The translations under genes and the position numbers were made by a program. Under the pieces are notes generated by a model. The model was not told where the DNA came from and ran no database searches. It was given only the letters and a program-made list of their open reading frames with translations. Positions 15,083-32,700 of a stretch of DNA of 64,000 nucleotides are shown piece by piece (within the stretch, counting starts at the first letter, position 1; the number at the start of each line of letters is the position of its first letter). The stretch is taken from assembly GCF_009914755.1 (NCBI RefSeq), contig NC_060939.1. One strand, written 5' to 3'. Origin of the DNA: the human T2T-CHM13v2.0 reference genome, Homo sapiens.

Positions 15083-18000
15083 ACCAAAGTACCCCAAATA
15101 TATATTTTATACTGTACATAAAATATCAAAGTTCACAAACTGTATATTATATACTGTACATAAAATATCAAAGTACCCAAGGTATATATTCTATACTGCA
15201 CAAAAAATATCAAAGTTCCCAAAGCATGTATTATATACTGTACATAAAATATGAAAGTACATCAAATATATATTTCATTCTGTACATAAAATATCAAAGT
15301 ACACCAAATATATATTCTATAGTGTACATAAAATATCAAAGTACCCAAACTATACATTATATACTGTACATAAAATATGAAATTACATCAATTATATATT
15401 ATATTAGGTACATAAAATATGAAAGTACAACAAATATAGATTATATACTGTACATAAAATATCAAAGTATACTGTACATAAAATATGAAATTACATCAAA
15501 AATATATTATATTAGGTACATAAAATATGAAAGTACAACAAATATAGATTATATTCTGTACATAAAATATCAAAGTACCCCAAATTTATATTATATACTG
15601 TAGATGAAATATCAAAGTTCACAAACTATATATTATATACTGTACATAAAATATCAAAGTACCCAAGGTATATATTCTATACTGTACAAAAAATATCAAA
15701 GTACCCAAAGCATGTATTATATACTGTACATAAAATATGAAAGTACATCAAATATATATTTTATTCTGTACATAAAATATCAAAGTACACCAAATATATA
15801 TTCTATAGTATACATAAAATATCAAAGTACCCAAACTATATATTATATAGTGTACATAAAATATGAAATTACATCAAATATATATTATATTAGGTACATA
15901 AAATATGAAAGTACATCAAATATAGATTATATACTGTACATAAAATATCAAAGTACCCCAAATATATATTATATACTGTACATGAAATATCAAAGTTCAC
16001 AAACTATATATTATATACTGTACATAAAATATCAAAGTACCCAAGGTATATATTCTATAATGTACAGAAAATATCAAAGTACCCAAAGCATGTATTATAT
16101 TCTGTACATAAAATATGAAAGTACATCAAATATATATTTTATTCTGTACAAAAAATATCAAAGTACACCAAATATATATTCTATACTGTACATAAAATAT
16201 CAAAGTACCCAAACTATACATTATATACTGTACATAAAATATGAAATTACATGAAATATATATTATATTAGGTACGTAAAATATGAAAGTACATCAAATA
16301 TAGATTATGTACTGTACATAAAATACCAAAGTATCCCAAATATATATTTTATACTGTACATGAAATATCAAAGTCCACAAACTGTATATTATATAGTGTA
16401 CATAAAATATCAAAGTGCCCAAGGTATATATTCTATACTGTACAAAAAATATCAAAGTACCCAAAGCATGTATTATATACTGTACATAAAATATGAAAGT
16501 ACATCAAATATATATTTCATTCTGTACATAAAATATCAAAGTACACCAAATATATATTCTATAGTGTACATAAAATATCAAAGTACCCAAACTATACATT
16601 ATATAGTGTACATAAAATATGAAATTACATCAAATACATATTATATTAGGTACATAAAATATGAAAGTACATCAAATATAGATTATATACTGTACATAAA
16701 ATATCAAAGTACCCCAAATATATATTATATACTCTACATGAAATATCAAAGTTCACAAACTATATATTATATACTGTACATAAAATATCAAAGTACCCAA
16801 GGTATATATTCTATAATGTACAGAAAATATCAAAGTACCCAAAGCATGTATTATATTGTGTACATAAAATATGAAAGTACATGAAATATATATTTTATTC
16901 TGTACATAAAATATCAAAGTACACCAAATATATATTCTATACTGTACATAAAATATCAAAGTACCCTAACTATACATTATATACTGTACATAAAATATGA
17001 AATTACATCATAAATATATTATATTAGGTACATAAAATATGAAAGTACATCAAATATAGATTATATACTGTACATAAAATATCAAAGTACCCCAAATTTA
17101 TATTATATACTGTAGATGAAATATCAAAGTTCACAAACTATATTATACTGTACATAAAATATCAAAGTACCCAAGGTATATATTCTATACTGTACAAAAA
17201 TTATCAAAGTACCCAAAGCATGTATTATATACTGTACATAAAATATGAAAGTACATCAAATATATATTTTATTCTGTACAAAAAATATCAAAGTACACCA
17301 AATATATATTCTATACTGTACATAAAATATCAAAGTACCCAAACTATACATTATATACTGTACATAAAATATGAAATTACATGAAATATATTTTATATTA
17401 GGTACATAAAATATGAAAGTACATCAAATATAGATTATATACTGTACATAAAATACCAAAGTACCTCAAATATATATTTTATACGGTACATGAAATATCA
17501 AAGTTCACAAACTGTATATTATATACTATACATAAAATATCAAAGTACCCAAGGTATATATTCTATACTGTACAAAAAATATCAAAGTACCCAAAGCATG
17601 TACTATATACTGTACATAAAATATGAAAGTACATCAAATATATATTTCATTCTGTACATAAAATATCAAAGTACACCAAATATATATTCTATAGTGTACA
17701 TAAAATATCAAAGTACCCAAACTATACATTATATACTGTACATAAAATATGAAATTACATCAATTATATATTATATTAGGTACATAAAACATGAAAATAC
17801 AACAAATATAGATTATATACTGTACATAAAATATCAAAGTATACTGTACATAAAATATGAAATTACATCAAAAATATATTATATTAGGTACATAAAATAT
17901 GAAAGTACATCAAATATAGATTATATTCTGTACATAAAATATCAAAGTACCCCAAATTTATATTATATACTGTAGATGAAATATCAAAGTTCACAAACTA

Positions 18001-21000
18001 TATATTATATACTGTACGTAAAATATCAAAGTACCCAAGGTATATATTCTATACTGTACAAAAAATATCAAAGTACCCAAAGCATGTATTATATACTGTA
18101 CATAAAATATGAAAGTACATCAAATATATATTTTATTCTGTACATAAAATATCAAAGTACACCAAATATATATTCTATAGTGTACATAAAATATCAAAGT
18201 ACCCAAACTATACATTATATAGTGTACATAAAATATGAAATTACATCAAATATATATTATATTAGGTACATAAAATATGAAAGTACATCAAATATAGATT
18301 ATATACTGTACAAAAAATATCAAAGTACCCCAAATATATATTATATACTGTACATGAAATATCAAAGTTCACAAACTATATATTATATACTGTACATAAA
18401 ATATCAAAGTACCCAAGGTATATATTCTATAATGTACAGAAAATATCAAAGTACCCAAAGCATGTATTATATTCTGTACATAAAATATGAAAGTACATGA
18501 AATATATATTTTATTCTGTACATAAAATATCAAAGTACACCAAATATATATTCTATACTGTACATAAAATATCAAAGTACCCAAACTATACATTATATAC
18601 TGTACATAAAATATGAAATTACATCAAAAATATATTATATTAGGTACATAAAATATGAAAGTACATCAAATATAGATTATATACTGTACATAAAATATCA
18701 ATGTACCCCAAATATATATTTTGTACTCTACATGAAATATCAAAGTTCACAAACCATATCTTATATACTGTACATAAAATATCAAAGTACCCAAGGTATA
18801 TATTCTATACTGTACAAAAAATATCAAAGTACCCAAAGCATGTATTATATACTGTACATAAAATATGAAAGTACATCAAATATATATTTTATTCTGTACA
18901 TAAAATATCAAAGTACACCAAATATATATTCTATAGTGTACATAAAATATTAAAGTACCTAAACTATACATTATATAGTGTACATAAAATATGAAATTAC
19001 ATCAAATATATATTATATTAGGTACATAAAATATGAAAGTACATCAAATATAGATTATATACTGTACATAAAATATCAAAGTACCCCAAATATATATTAT
19101 ATACTGTACATGAAATATCAAAGTTCACAAACTATATATTATATACTGTACATAAAATATCAAAGTACCCAAGGTATATATTCTATAATGTACAGAAAAT
19201 ATCAAAGTACCCAAAGCATGTATTATATTCTGTACATAAAATATGAAAGTACATGAAATATATATTTTATTCTGTACATAAAATATCAAAGTACACCAAA
19301 TATATATTCTATACTGTACATAAAATATCAAAGTACCCAAACTATACATTATATACTGTACATAAAATATGAAATTACATCAAAAATATATTATATTAGG
19401 TACATAAAATATGAAAGTACATCAAATATAGATTATATACTGTACATAAAATATCAAAGTACCCCAAATTTATATTATATACTGTAGATGAAATATCAAA
19501 GTTCACAAACTATATATTATATACTGTACATAAAATATCAAAGTACCCAAGGTATATATTCTATACTGTACAAAAAATATCAAAGTACCCAAAGAATGTA
19601 TTATATACTGTACATAAAATATGAAAGTACATCAAATATATATTTTATTCTGTACAAAAAATATCAAAGTACACCAAATATATATTCTATACTGTACATA
19701 AAATATCAAAGTACCCAAACTATACATTATATACTGTACATAAAATATGAAATTACATGAAATATATATTATATTAGGTACATAAAATATGAAAGTACAT
19801 CAAATATAGATTATATACTGTACATAAAATACCAAAGTACCCCAAATATATATTTTATACTGTACATGAAATATCAAAGTTCACAAACTGTATATTATAT
19901 ACTGTACATAAAATATCAAAGTACCCAAGGTATATATTCTATACTGCACAAAAAATATCAAAGTTCCCAAAGCATGTATTATATACTGTACATAAAATAT
20001 GAAAGTACATCAAATATATATTTCATTCTGTACATAAAATATCAAAGTACACCAAATATATATTCTATAGTGTACATAAAATATCAAAGTACCCAAACTA
20101 TACATTATATACTGTACATAAAATATGAAATTACATCAATTATATATTATATTAGGTACATAAAATATGAAAGTACAACAAATATAGATTATATACTGTA
20201 CATAAAATATCAAAGTATACTGTACATAAAATATGAAATTACATCAAAAATATATTATATTAGGTACATAAAATATGAAAGTACAACAAATATAGATTAT
20301 ATTCTGTACATAAAATATCAAAGTACCCCAAATTTATATTATATACTGTAGATGAAATATCAAAGTTCACAAACTATATATTATATACTGTACATAAAAT
20401 ATCAAAGTACCCAAGGTATATATTCTATACTGTACAAAAAATATCAAAGTACCCAAAGCATGTATTATATACTGTACATAAAATATGAAAGTACATCAAA
20501 TATATATTTTATTCTGTACATAAAATATCAAAGTACACCAAATATATATTCTATAGTATACATAAAATACCAAAGTACCCAAACTATACATTATATAGTG
20601 TACATAAAATATGAAATTACATCAAATATATATTATATTAGGTACATAAAATATGAAAGTACATCAAATATAGATTATATACTGTACATAAAATATCAAA
20701 GTACCCCAAATATATATTATATACTGTACATGAAATATCAAAGTTCACAAACTATATATTATATACTGTACATAAAATATCAAAGTACCCAAGGTATATA
20801 TTCTATAATGTACAGAAAATATCAAAGTACCCAAAGCATGTATTATATTCTGTACATAAAATATGAAAGTACATCAAATATATATTTTATTCTGTACATA
20901 AAATATCAAAGTACACCAAATATATATTCTATACTGTACATAAAATATCAAAGTACCCTAACTATACATTATATACTGTACATAAAATATGAAATTACAT

Positions 21001-24000
21001 CATAAATATATTATATTAGGTACATAAAATATGAAAGTACATCAAATATAGATTATATACTGTACATAAAATATCAAAGTACCCCAAATTTATATTATAT
21101 ACTGTAGATGAAATATCAAAGTTCACAAACTATATTATACTGTACATAAAATATCAAAGTACCCAAGGTATATATTCTATACTGTACAAAAATTATCAAA
21201 GTACCCAAAGCATGTATTATATACTGTACATAAAATATGAAAGTACATCAAATATATATTTTATTCTGTACAAAAAATATCAAAGTACACCAAATATATA
21301 TTCTATACTGTACATAAAATATCAAAGTACCCAAACTATACATTATATACTGTACATAAAATATGAAATTACATGAAATATATTTTATATTAGGTACATA
21401 AAATATGAAAGTACATCAAATATAGATTATATACTGTACATAAAATACCAAAGTACCTCAAATATATATTTTATACGGTACATGAAATATCAAAGTTCAC
21501 AAACTGTATATTATATACTATACATAAAATATCAAAGTACCCAAGGTATATATTCTATACTGTACAAAAAATATCAAAGTACCCAAAGCATGTACTATAT
21601 ACTGTACATAAAATATGAAAGTACATCAAATATATATTTCATTCTGTACATAAAATATCAAAGTACACCAAATATATATTCTATAGTGTACATAAAATAT
21701 CAAAGTACCCAAACTATACATTATATACTGTACATAAAATATGAAATTACATCAATTATATATTATATTAGGTACATAAAACATGAAAATACAACAAATA
21801 TAGATTATATACTGTACATAAAATATCAAAGTATACTGTACATAAAATATGAAATTACATCAAAAATATATTATATTAGGTACATAAAATATGAAAGTAC
21901 ATCAAATATAGATTATATTCTGTACATAAAATATCAAAGTACCCCAAATTTATATTATATACTGTAGATGAAATATCAAAGTTCACAAACTATATATTAT
22001 ATACTGTACGTAAAATATCAAAGTACCCAAGGTATATATTCTATACTGTACAAAAAATATCAAAGTACCCAAAGCATGTATTATATACTGTACATAAAAT
22101 ATGAAAGTACATCAAATATATATTTTATTCTGTACATAAAATATCAAAGTACACCAAATATATATTCTATAGTGTACATAAAATATCAAAGTACCCAAAC
22201 TATACATTATATAGTGTACATAAAATATGAAATTACATCAAATATATATTATATTAGGTACATAAAATATGAAAGTACATCAAATATAGATTATATACTG
22301 TACAAAAAATATCAAAGTACCCCAAATATATATTATATACTGTACATGAAATATCAAAGTTCACAAACTATATATTATATACTGTACATAAAATATCAAA
22401 GTACCCAAGGTATATATTCTATAATGTACAGAAAATATCAAAGTACCCAAAGCATGTATTATATTCTGTACATAAAATATGAAAGTACATGAAATATATA
22501 TTTTATTCTGTACATAAAATATCAAAGTACACCAAATATATATTCTATACTGTACATAAAATATCAAAGTACCCAAACTATACATTATATACTGTACATA
22601 AAATATGAAATTACATCAAAAATATATTATATTAGGTACATAAAATATGAAAGTACATCAAATATAGATTATATACTGTACATAAAATATCAATGTACCC
22701 CAAATATATATTTTGTACTCTACATGAAATATCAAAGTTCACAAACCATATCTTATATACTGTACATAAAATATCAAAGTACCCAAGGTATATATTCTAT
22801 ACTGTACAAAAAATATCAAAGTACCCAAAGCATGTATTATATACTGTACATAAAATATGAAAGTACATCAAATATATATTTTATTCTGTACATAAAATAT
22901 CAAAGTACACCAAATATATATTCTATAGTGTACATAAAATATTAAAGTACCTAAACTATACATTATATAGTGTACATAAAATATGAAATTACATCAAATA
23001 TATATTATATTAGGTACATAAAATATGAAAGTACATCAAATATAGATTATATACTGTACATAAAATATCAAAGTACCCCAAATATATATTATATACTGTA
23101 CATGAAATATCAAAGTTCACAAACTATATATTATATACTGTACATAAAATATCAAAGTACCCAAGGTATATATTCTATAATGTACAGAAAATATCAAAGT
23201 ACCCAAAGCATGTATTATATTCTGTACATAAAATATGAAAGTACATGAAATATATATTTTATTCTGTACATAAAATATCAAAGTACACCAAATATATATT
23301 CTATACTGTACATAAAATATCAAAGTACCCAAACTATACATTATATACTGTACATAAAATATGAAATTACATCAAAAATATATTATATTAGGTACATAAA
23401 ATATGAAAGTACATCAAATATAGATTATATACTGTACATAAAATATCAAAGTACCCCAAATTTATATTATATACTGTAGATGAAATATCAAAGTTCACAA
23501 ACTATATATTATATACTGTACATAAAATATCAAAGTACCCAAGGTATATATTCTATACTGTACAAAAAATATCAAAGTACCCAAAGAATGTATTATATAC
23601 TGTACATAAAATATGAAAGTACATCAAATATATATTTTATTCTGTACAAAAAATATCAAAGTACACCAAATATATATTCTATACTGTACATAAAATATCA
23701 AAGTACCCAAACTATACATTATATACTGTACATAAAATATGAAATTACATGAAATATATATTATATTAGGTACATAAAATATGAAAGTACATCAAATATA
23801 GATTATATACTGTACATAAAATACCAAAGTACCCCAAATATATATTTTATACTGTACATGAAATATCAAAGTTCACAAACTGTATATTATATACTGTACA
23901 TAAAATATCAAAGTACCCAAGGTATATATTCTATACTGCACAAAAAATATCAAAGTTCCCAAAGCATGTATTATATACTGTACATAAAATATGAAAGTAC

Positions 24001-27000
24001 ATCAAATATATATTTCATTCTGTACATAAAATATCAAAGTACACCAAATATATATTCTATAGTGTACATAAAATATCAAAGTACCCAAACTATACATTAT
24101 ATACTGTACATAAAATATGAAATTACATCAATTATATATTATATTAGGTACATAAAATATGAAAGTACAACAAATATAGATTATATACTGTACATAAAAT
24201 ATCAAAGTATACTGTACATAAAATATGAAATTACATCAAAAATATATTATATTAGGTACATAAAATATGAAAGTACAACAAATATAGATTATATTCTGTA
24301 CATAAAATATCAAAGTACCCCAAATTTATATTATATACTGTAGATGAAATATCAAAGTTCACAAACTATATATTATATACTGTACATAAAATATCAAAGT
24401 ACCCAAGGTATATATTCTATACTGTACAAAAAATATCAAAGTACCCAAAGCATGTATTATATACTGTACATAAAATATGAAAGTACATCAAATATATATT
24501 TTATTCTGTACATAAAATATCAAAGTACACCAAATATATATTCTATAGTATACATAAAATACCAAAGTACCCAAACTATACATTATATAGTGTACATAAA
24601 ATATGAAATTACATCAAATATATATTATATTAGGTACATAAAATATGAAAGTACATCAAATATAGATTATATACTGTACATAAAATATCAAAGTACCCCA
24701 AATATATATTATATACTGTACATGAAATATCAAAGTTCACAAACTATATATTATATACTGTACATAAAATATCAAAGTACCCAAGGTATATATTCTATAA
24801 TGTACAGAAAATATCAAAGTACCCAAAGCATGTATTATATTCTGTACATAAAATATGAAAGTACATCAAATATATATTTTATTCTGTACAAAAAATATCA
24901 AAGTACACCAAATATATATTCTATACTGTACATAAAATATCAAAGTACCCAAACTATACATTATATACTGTACATAAAATATGAAATTACATGAAATATA
25001 TATTATATTAGGTACGTAAAATATGAAAGTACATCAAATATAGATTATGTACTGTACATAAAATACCAAAGTATCCCAAATATATATTTTATACTGTACA
25101 TGAAATATCAAAGTCCACAAACTGTATATTATATAGTGTACATAAAATATCAAAGTGCCCAAGGTATATATTCTATACTGTACAAAAAATATCAAAGTAC
25201 CCAAAGCATGTATTATATACTGTACATAAAATATGAAAGTACATCAAATATATATTTCATTCTGTACATAAAATATCAAAGTACACCAAATATATATTCT
25301 ATAGTGTACATAAAATATCAAAGTACCCAAACTATACATTATATAGTGTACATAAAATATGAAATTACATCAAATACATATTATATTAGGTACATAAAAT
25401 ATGAAAGTACATCAAATATAGATTATATACTGTACATAAAATATCAAAGTACCCCAAATATATATTATATACTCTACATGAAATATCAAAGTTCACAAAC
25501 TATATATTATATACTGTACATAAAATATCAAAGTACCCAAGGTATATATTCTATAATGTACAGAAAATATCAAAGTACCCAAAGCATGTATTATATTGTG
25601 TACATAAAATATGAAAGTACATGAAATATATATTTTATTCTGTACATAAAATATCAAAGTACACCAAATATATATTCTATACTGTACATAAAATATCAAA
25701 GTACCCTAACTATACATTATATACTGTACATAAAATATGAAATTACATCATAAATATATTATATTAGGTACATAAAATATGAAAGTACATCAAATATAGA
25801 TTATATACTGTACATAAAATATCAAAGTACCCCAAATTTATATTATATACTGTAGATGAAATATCAAAGTTCACAAACTATATTATACTGTACATAAAAT
25901 ATCAAAGTACCCAAGGTATATATTCTATACTGTACAAAAATTATCAAAGTACCCAAAGCATGTATTATATACTGTACATAAAATATGAAAGTACATCAAA
26001 TATATATTTTATTCTGTACAAAAAATATCAAAGTACACCAAATATATATTCTATACTGTACATAAAATATCAAAGTACCCAAACTATACATTATATACTG
26101 TACATAAAATATGAAATTACATGAAATATATTTTATATTAGGTACATAAAATATGAAAGTACATCAAATATAGATTATATACTGTACATAAAATACCAAA
26201 GTACCTCAAATATATATTTTATACGGTACATGAAATATCAAAGTTCACAAACTGTATATTATATACTATACATAAAATATCAAAGTACCCAAGGTATATA
26301 TTCTATACTGTACAAAAAATATCAAAGTACCCAAAGCATGTACTATATACTGTACATAAAATATGAAAGTACATCAAATATATATTTCATTCTGTACATA
26401 AAATATCAAAGTACACCAAATATATATTCTATAGTGTACATAAAATATCAAAGTACCCAAACTATACATTATATACTGTACATAAAATATGAAATTACAT
26501 CAATTATATATTATATTAGGTACATAAAACATGAAAATACAACAAATATAGATTATATACTGTACATAAAATATCAAAGTATACTGTACATAAAATATGA
26601 AATTACATCAAAAATATATTATATTAGGTACATAAAATATGAAAGTACATCAAATATAGATTATATTCTGTACATAAAATATCAAAGTACCCCAAATTTA
26701 TATTATATACTGTAGATGAAATATCAAAGTTCACAAACTATATATTATATACTGTACGTAAAATATCAAAGTACCCAAGGTATATATTCTATACTGTACA
26801 AAAAATATCAAAGTACCCAAAGCATGTATTATATACTGTACATAAAATATGAAAGTACATCAAATATATATTTTATTCTGTACATAAAATATCAAAGTAC
26901 ACCAAATATATATTCTATAGTGTACATAAAATATCAAAGTACCCAAACTATACATTATATAGTGTACATAAAATATGAAATTACATCAAATATATATTAT

Positions 27001-29700
27001 ATTAGGTACATAAAATATGAAAGTACATCAAATATAGATTATATACTGTACAAAAAATATCAAAGTACCCCAAATATATATTATATACTGTACATGAAAT
27101 ATCAAAGTTCACAAACTATATATTATATACTGTACATAAAATATCAAAGTACCCAAGGTATATATTCTATAATGTACAGAAAATATCAAAGTACCCAAAG
27201 CATGTATTATATTCTGTACATAAAATATGAAAGTACATGAAATATATATTTTATTCTGTACATAAAATATCAAAGTACACCAAATATATATTCTATACTG
27301 TACATAAAATATCAAAGTACCCAAACTATACATTATATACTGTACATAAAATATGAAATTACATCAAAAATATATTATATTAGGTACATAAAATATGAAA
27401 GTACATCAAATATAGATTATATACTGTACATAAAATATCAATGTACCCCAAATATATATTTTGTACTCTACATGAAATATCAAAGTTCACAAACCATATC
27501 TTATATACTGTACATAAAATATCAAAGTACCCAAGGTATATATTCTATACTGTACAAAAAATATCAAAGTACCCAAAGCATGTATTATATACTGTACATA
27601 AAATATGAAAGTACATCAAATATATATTTTATTCTGTACATAAAATATCAAAGTACACCAAATATATATTCTATAGTGTACATAAAATATTAAAGTACCT
27701 AAACTATACATTATATAGTGTACATAAAATATGAAATTACATCAAATATATATTATATTAGGTACATAAAATATGAAAGTACATCAAATATAGATTATAT
27801 ACTGTACATAAAATATCAAAGTACCCCAAATATATATTATATACTGTACATGAAATATCAAAGTTCACAAACTATATATTATATACTGTACATAAAATAT
27901 CAAAGTACCCAAGGTATATATTCTATAATGTACAGAAAATATCAAAGTACCCAAAGCATGTATTATATTCTGTACATAAAATATGAAAGTACATGAAATA
28001 TATATTTTATTCTGTACATAAAATATCAAAGTACACCAAATATATATTCTATACTGTACATAAAATATCAAAGTACCCAAACTATACATTATATACTGTA
28101 CATAAAATATGAAATTACATCAAAAATATATTATATTAGGTACATAAAATATGAAAGTACATCAAATATAGATTATATACTGTACATAAAATATCAAAGT
28201 ACCCCAAATTTATATTATATACTGTAGATGAAATATCAAAGTTCACAAACTATATATTATATACTGTACATAAAATATCAAAGTACCCAAGGTATATATT
28301 CTATACTGTACAAAAAATATCAAAGTACCCAAAGAATGTATTATATACTGTACATAAAATATGAAAGTACATCAAATATATATTTTATTCTGTACAAAAA
28401 ATATCAAAGTACACCAAATATATATTCTATACTGTACATAAAATATCAAAGTACCCAAACTATACATTATATACTGTACATAAAATATGAAATTACATGA
28501 AATATATATTATATTAGGTACATAAAATATGAAAGTACATCAAATATAGATTATATACTGTACATAAAATACCAAAGTACCCCAAATATATATTTTATAC
28601 TGTACATGAAATATCAAAGTTCACAAACTGTATATTATATACTGTACATAAAATATCAAAGTACCCAAGGTATATATTCTATACTGCACAAAAAATATCA
28701 AAGTTCCCAAAGCATGTATTATATACTGTACATAAAATATGAAAGTACATCAAATATATATTTCATTCTGTACATAAAATATCAAAGTACACCAAATATA
28801 TATTCTATAGTGTACATAAAATATCAAAGTACCCAAACTATACATTATATACTGTACATAAAATATGAAATTACATCAATTATATATTATATTAGGTACA
28901 TAAAATATGAAAGTACAACAAATATAGATTATATACTGTACATAAAATATCAAAGTATACTGTACATAAAATATGAAATTACATCAAAAATATATTATAT
29001 TAGGTACATAAAATATGAAAGTACAACAAATATAGATTATATTCTGTACATAAAATATCAAAGTACCCCAAATTTATATTATATACTGTAGATGAAATAT
29101 CAAAGTTCACAAACTATATATTATATACTGTACATAAAATATCAAAGTACCCAAGGTATATATTCTATACTGTACAAAAAATATCAAAGTACCCAAAGCA
29201 TGTATTATATACTGTACATAAAATATGAAAGTACATCAAATATATATTTTATTCTGTACATAAAATATCAAAGTACACCAAATATATATTCTATAGTATA
29301 CATAAAATACCAAAGTACCCAAACTATACATTATATAGTGTACATAAAATATGAAATTACATCAAATATATATTATATTAGGTACATAAAATATGAAAGT
29401 ACATCAAATATAGATTATATACTGTACATAAAATATCAAAGTACCCCAAATATATATTATATACTGTACATGAAATATCAAAGTTCACAAACTATATATT
29501 ATATACTGTACATAAAATATCAAAGTACCCAAGGTATATATTCTATAATGTACAGAAAATATCAAAGTACCCAAAGCATGTATTATATTCTGTACATAAA
29601 ATATGAAAGTACATCAAATATATATTTTATTCTGTACATAAAATATCAAAGTACACCAAATATATATTCTATACTGTACATAAAATATCAAAGTACCCAA
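15083..29700 (+). repeat. Homogeneous HSat1A domain with 4748/3992/4748-bp super-units
   Basis: Equivalent ORF starts at 15604, 20352, 24344, 29092 (spacings 4748, 3992, 4748); 17490, 21482, 26230; and 16360/25100 (8740). Confidence 0.93.
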
Positions 29701-32700
29701 ACTATACATTATATACTGTACATAAAATATGAAATTACAGCAAAATTATTTTATATTAGGTACATAAAATATGAAAGTACATCAAATATAGATTATATTC
29801 TGTACATAAAATATCAAAGTACCCCAAATTTATATTATATACTGTAGATGAAATATCAAAGTTCACAAACTATATATTATATACTGTACATAAAATATCA
29901 AAGTACCCAAGGTATATATTCTATACTGTACAAAAAATATCAAAGTACCCAAAGCATGTATTATATACTGTACATAAAATATGAAAGTACATCAAATATA
30001 TATTTTATTCTGTACATAAAATATCAAAGTACACCAAATATATATTCTATAGTGTACATAAAATATCAAAGTACCCAAACTATACATTATATACTGTACA
30101 TGAAATATGAAATTACATCAAATATATATTATATTAGGTACATAAAATCTGAAAGTACATCAAATATAGATTATATACTGTACATAAAATATCAAAGTAC
30201 CCCAAATATATATTATATACTGTACATGAAATATCAAAGTTCACAAACTATATATTATATACTGTACATAAAATATCAAAGTACCCAAAGTATATATTCT
30301 ATAATGTACAGAAAATATCAAAGTACCCAAAGCATGTATTATATTCTGTACATAAAATATGAAAGTACATGAAATATATATTTTATTCTGTACATAAAAT
30401 ATCAAAGTACAACAAATATATATTCTATACTGTACATAAAATATCAAAGTACCCAAACTATACATTATATACTGTACATAAAATATGAAATTACATCAAA
30501 ATTATATTATATTAGGTACATAAAATATGAAAGTACATCAAATATAGATTATATACTGTACATACAATATCAAAGTACCCCAAATTTATATTATATACTG
30601 TAGATGAAATATCAAAGTTCACAAACTATATATTATATACTGTACATAAAATATCAAAGTACCCAAGGTATATATTCTATACTGTACAAAAAATATCAAA
30701 GTACCCAAAGCATGTATTATATACTGTACATAAAATATGAAAGTACATCAAATATATATTTTATTCTGTACATAAAATATCAAAGTACACCAAATATATA
30801 TTCTATAGTGTACATAAAATATCAAAGTACCTAAACTATACATTATATACTGTACATAAAATATGAAATTACATAAAATATATATTATATTAGGTACATA
30901 AAATATGAAAGTACATCAAATATAGATTATATATAGTACATAAAATATCAAATTACCCCAAATATATATTATATACTGTACATTAAATATCAAAGTTCAC
31001 AAACTATATATTATATACTGTACATAAAATATCAATGTACCCAAGGTATATATTCTATACTGTACAAAAAATATCAAAGTACCCAAAGCATGTATTATAT
31101 ACTGTACATAAAATATGAAAGTACATCAAATATATATTTCATTCTGTACCTAAAATATCAAAGTACACCAAATATATATTCTATAGTGTACATAAAATAT
31201 CAAAGTACCCAAACTATACATTATATACTGTACATAAAATATGAAATTACATCAATTATATATTATATTAGGTACATAAAATATGAAAGTACAACAAATA
31301 TAGATTATATACTGTACATAAAATATCAAAGTATACTGTACATAAAATATGAAATTACATCAAAAATATATTAGGTACATAAAATATGAAAGTACATCAA
31401 ATATAGATTATATTCTGTACATAAAATATCAAAGTACCCCAAATTTATATTATATACTGTAGATGAAATATCAAAGTTCACAAACTATATATTATATACT
31501 GTACATGAAATATCAAAGTACCCAAGGTATATATTCTATACTGTACAAAAAATATCAAAGTACCCAAAGAATGTATTATATACTGTACATAAAATATGAA
31601 AGTACATCAAATATATATTTTATTCTGTACATAAAATATCAAAGTACACCAGATATATATTCTATAGTGTACATAAAATATCAAAGTACCTAAACTATAC
31701 ATTATATACTGTACATAAAATATGAAAGCACATCAAATATATATTATATTAGGTACATAAAATATGAAAGTACATCAAATATAGATTGTATACTGTACAT
31801 AAAATATCAAAGTACCCCAAATATATATTATATACTGTACATGAAATATCAAAGTTCACAAACTATATATTATATACTGTACATAAAATATCAAAGTACC
31901 CAAGGTATATATTCTATAATGTACAGAAAATATCAAAGTACCCAAAGCATGTATTATATTCTGTACATAAAATATGAAAGTACATGAAATATATATTTTA
32001 TTCTGTACATAAAATATCAAAGTACACCAAATATATATTCTATACAGTACATAAAATATCAAAGTACCCTAACTATACATTATATACTGTACATAAAATA
32101 TGAAATTACATCAAAAATATATTATATTTGGTACATAAAATATGAAAGTACATCAAATATAGATTATATACTGTACATAAAATATCAAAGTACCCCAAAT
32201 TTATATTATATACTGTAGATGAAATATCAAGGTTCACAAACTATATATTATATACTGTACATAAAATATCAAAGTACCCAAGGTATATATTCTATACTGT
32301 ACAAAAAATATCAAAGTACCCAAAGCATGTAATATATACTGTACATAAAATATGAAAGTACATCAAATATATATTTTATTCTGTACAAAAAATATCAAAG
32401 TACACCAAATATATATTCTATACTGTACATAAAATATCAAAGTACCCAAACTATACATTATATACTGTACATAAAATATGAAATTACATGAAATATATAT
32501 TATATTAGGTACATAAAATATGAAAGTACATCAAATATAGATTATATACTGTACATAAAATACCAAAGTACCCCAAATATATATTTTATACTGTACATGA
32601 AATATCAAAGTTCACAAACTGTATATTATATACTGCACATAAAATATCAATGTACCCAAGGTATATATTCTATACTGTATAAAAAATTTCAAAGTACCCA

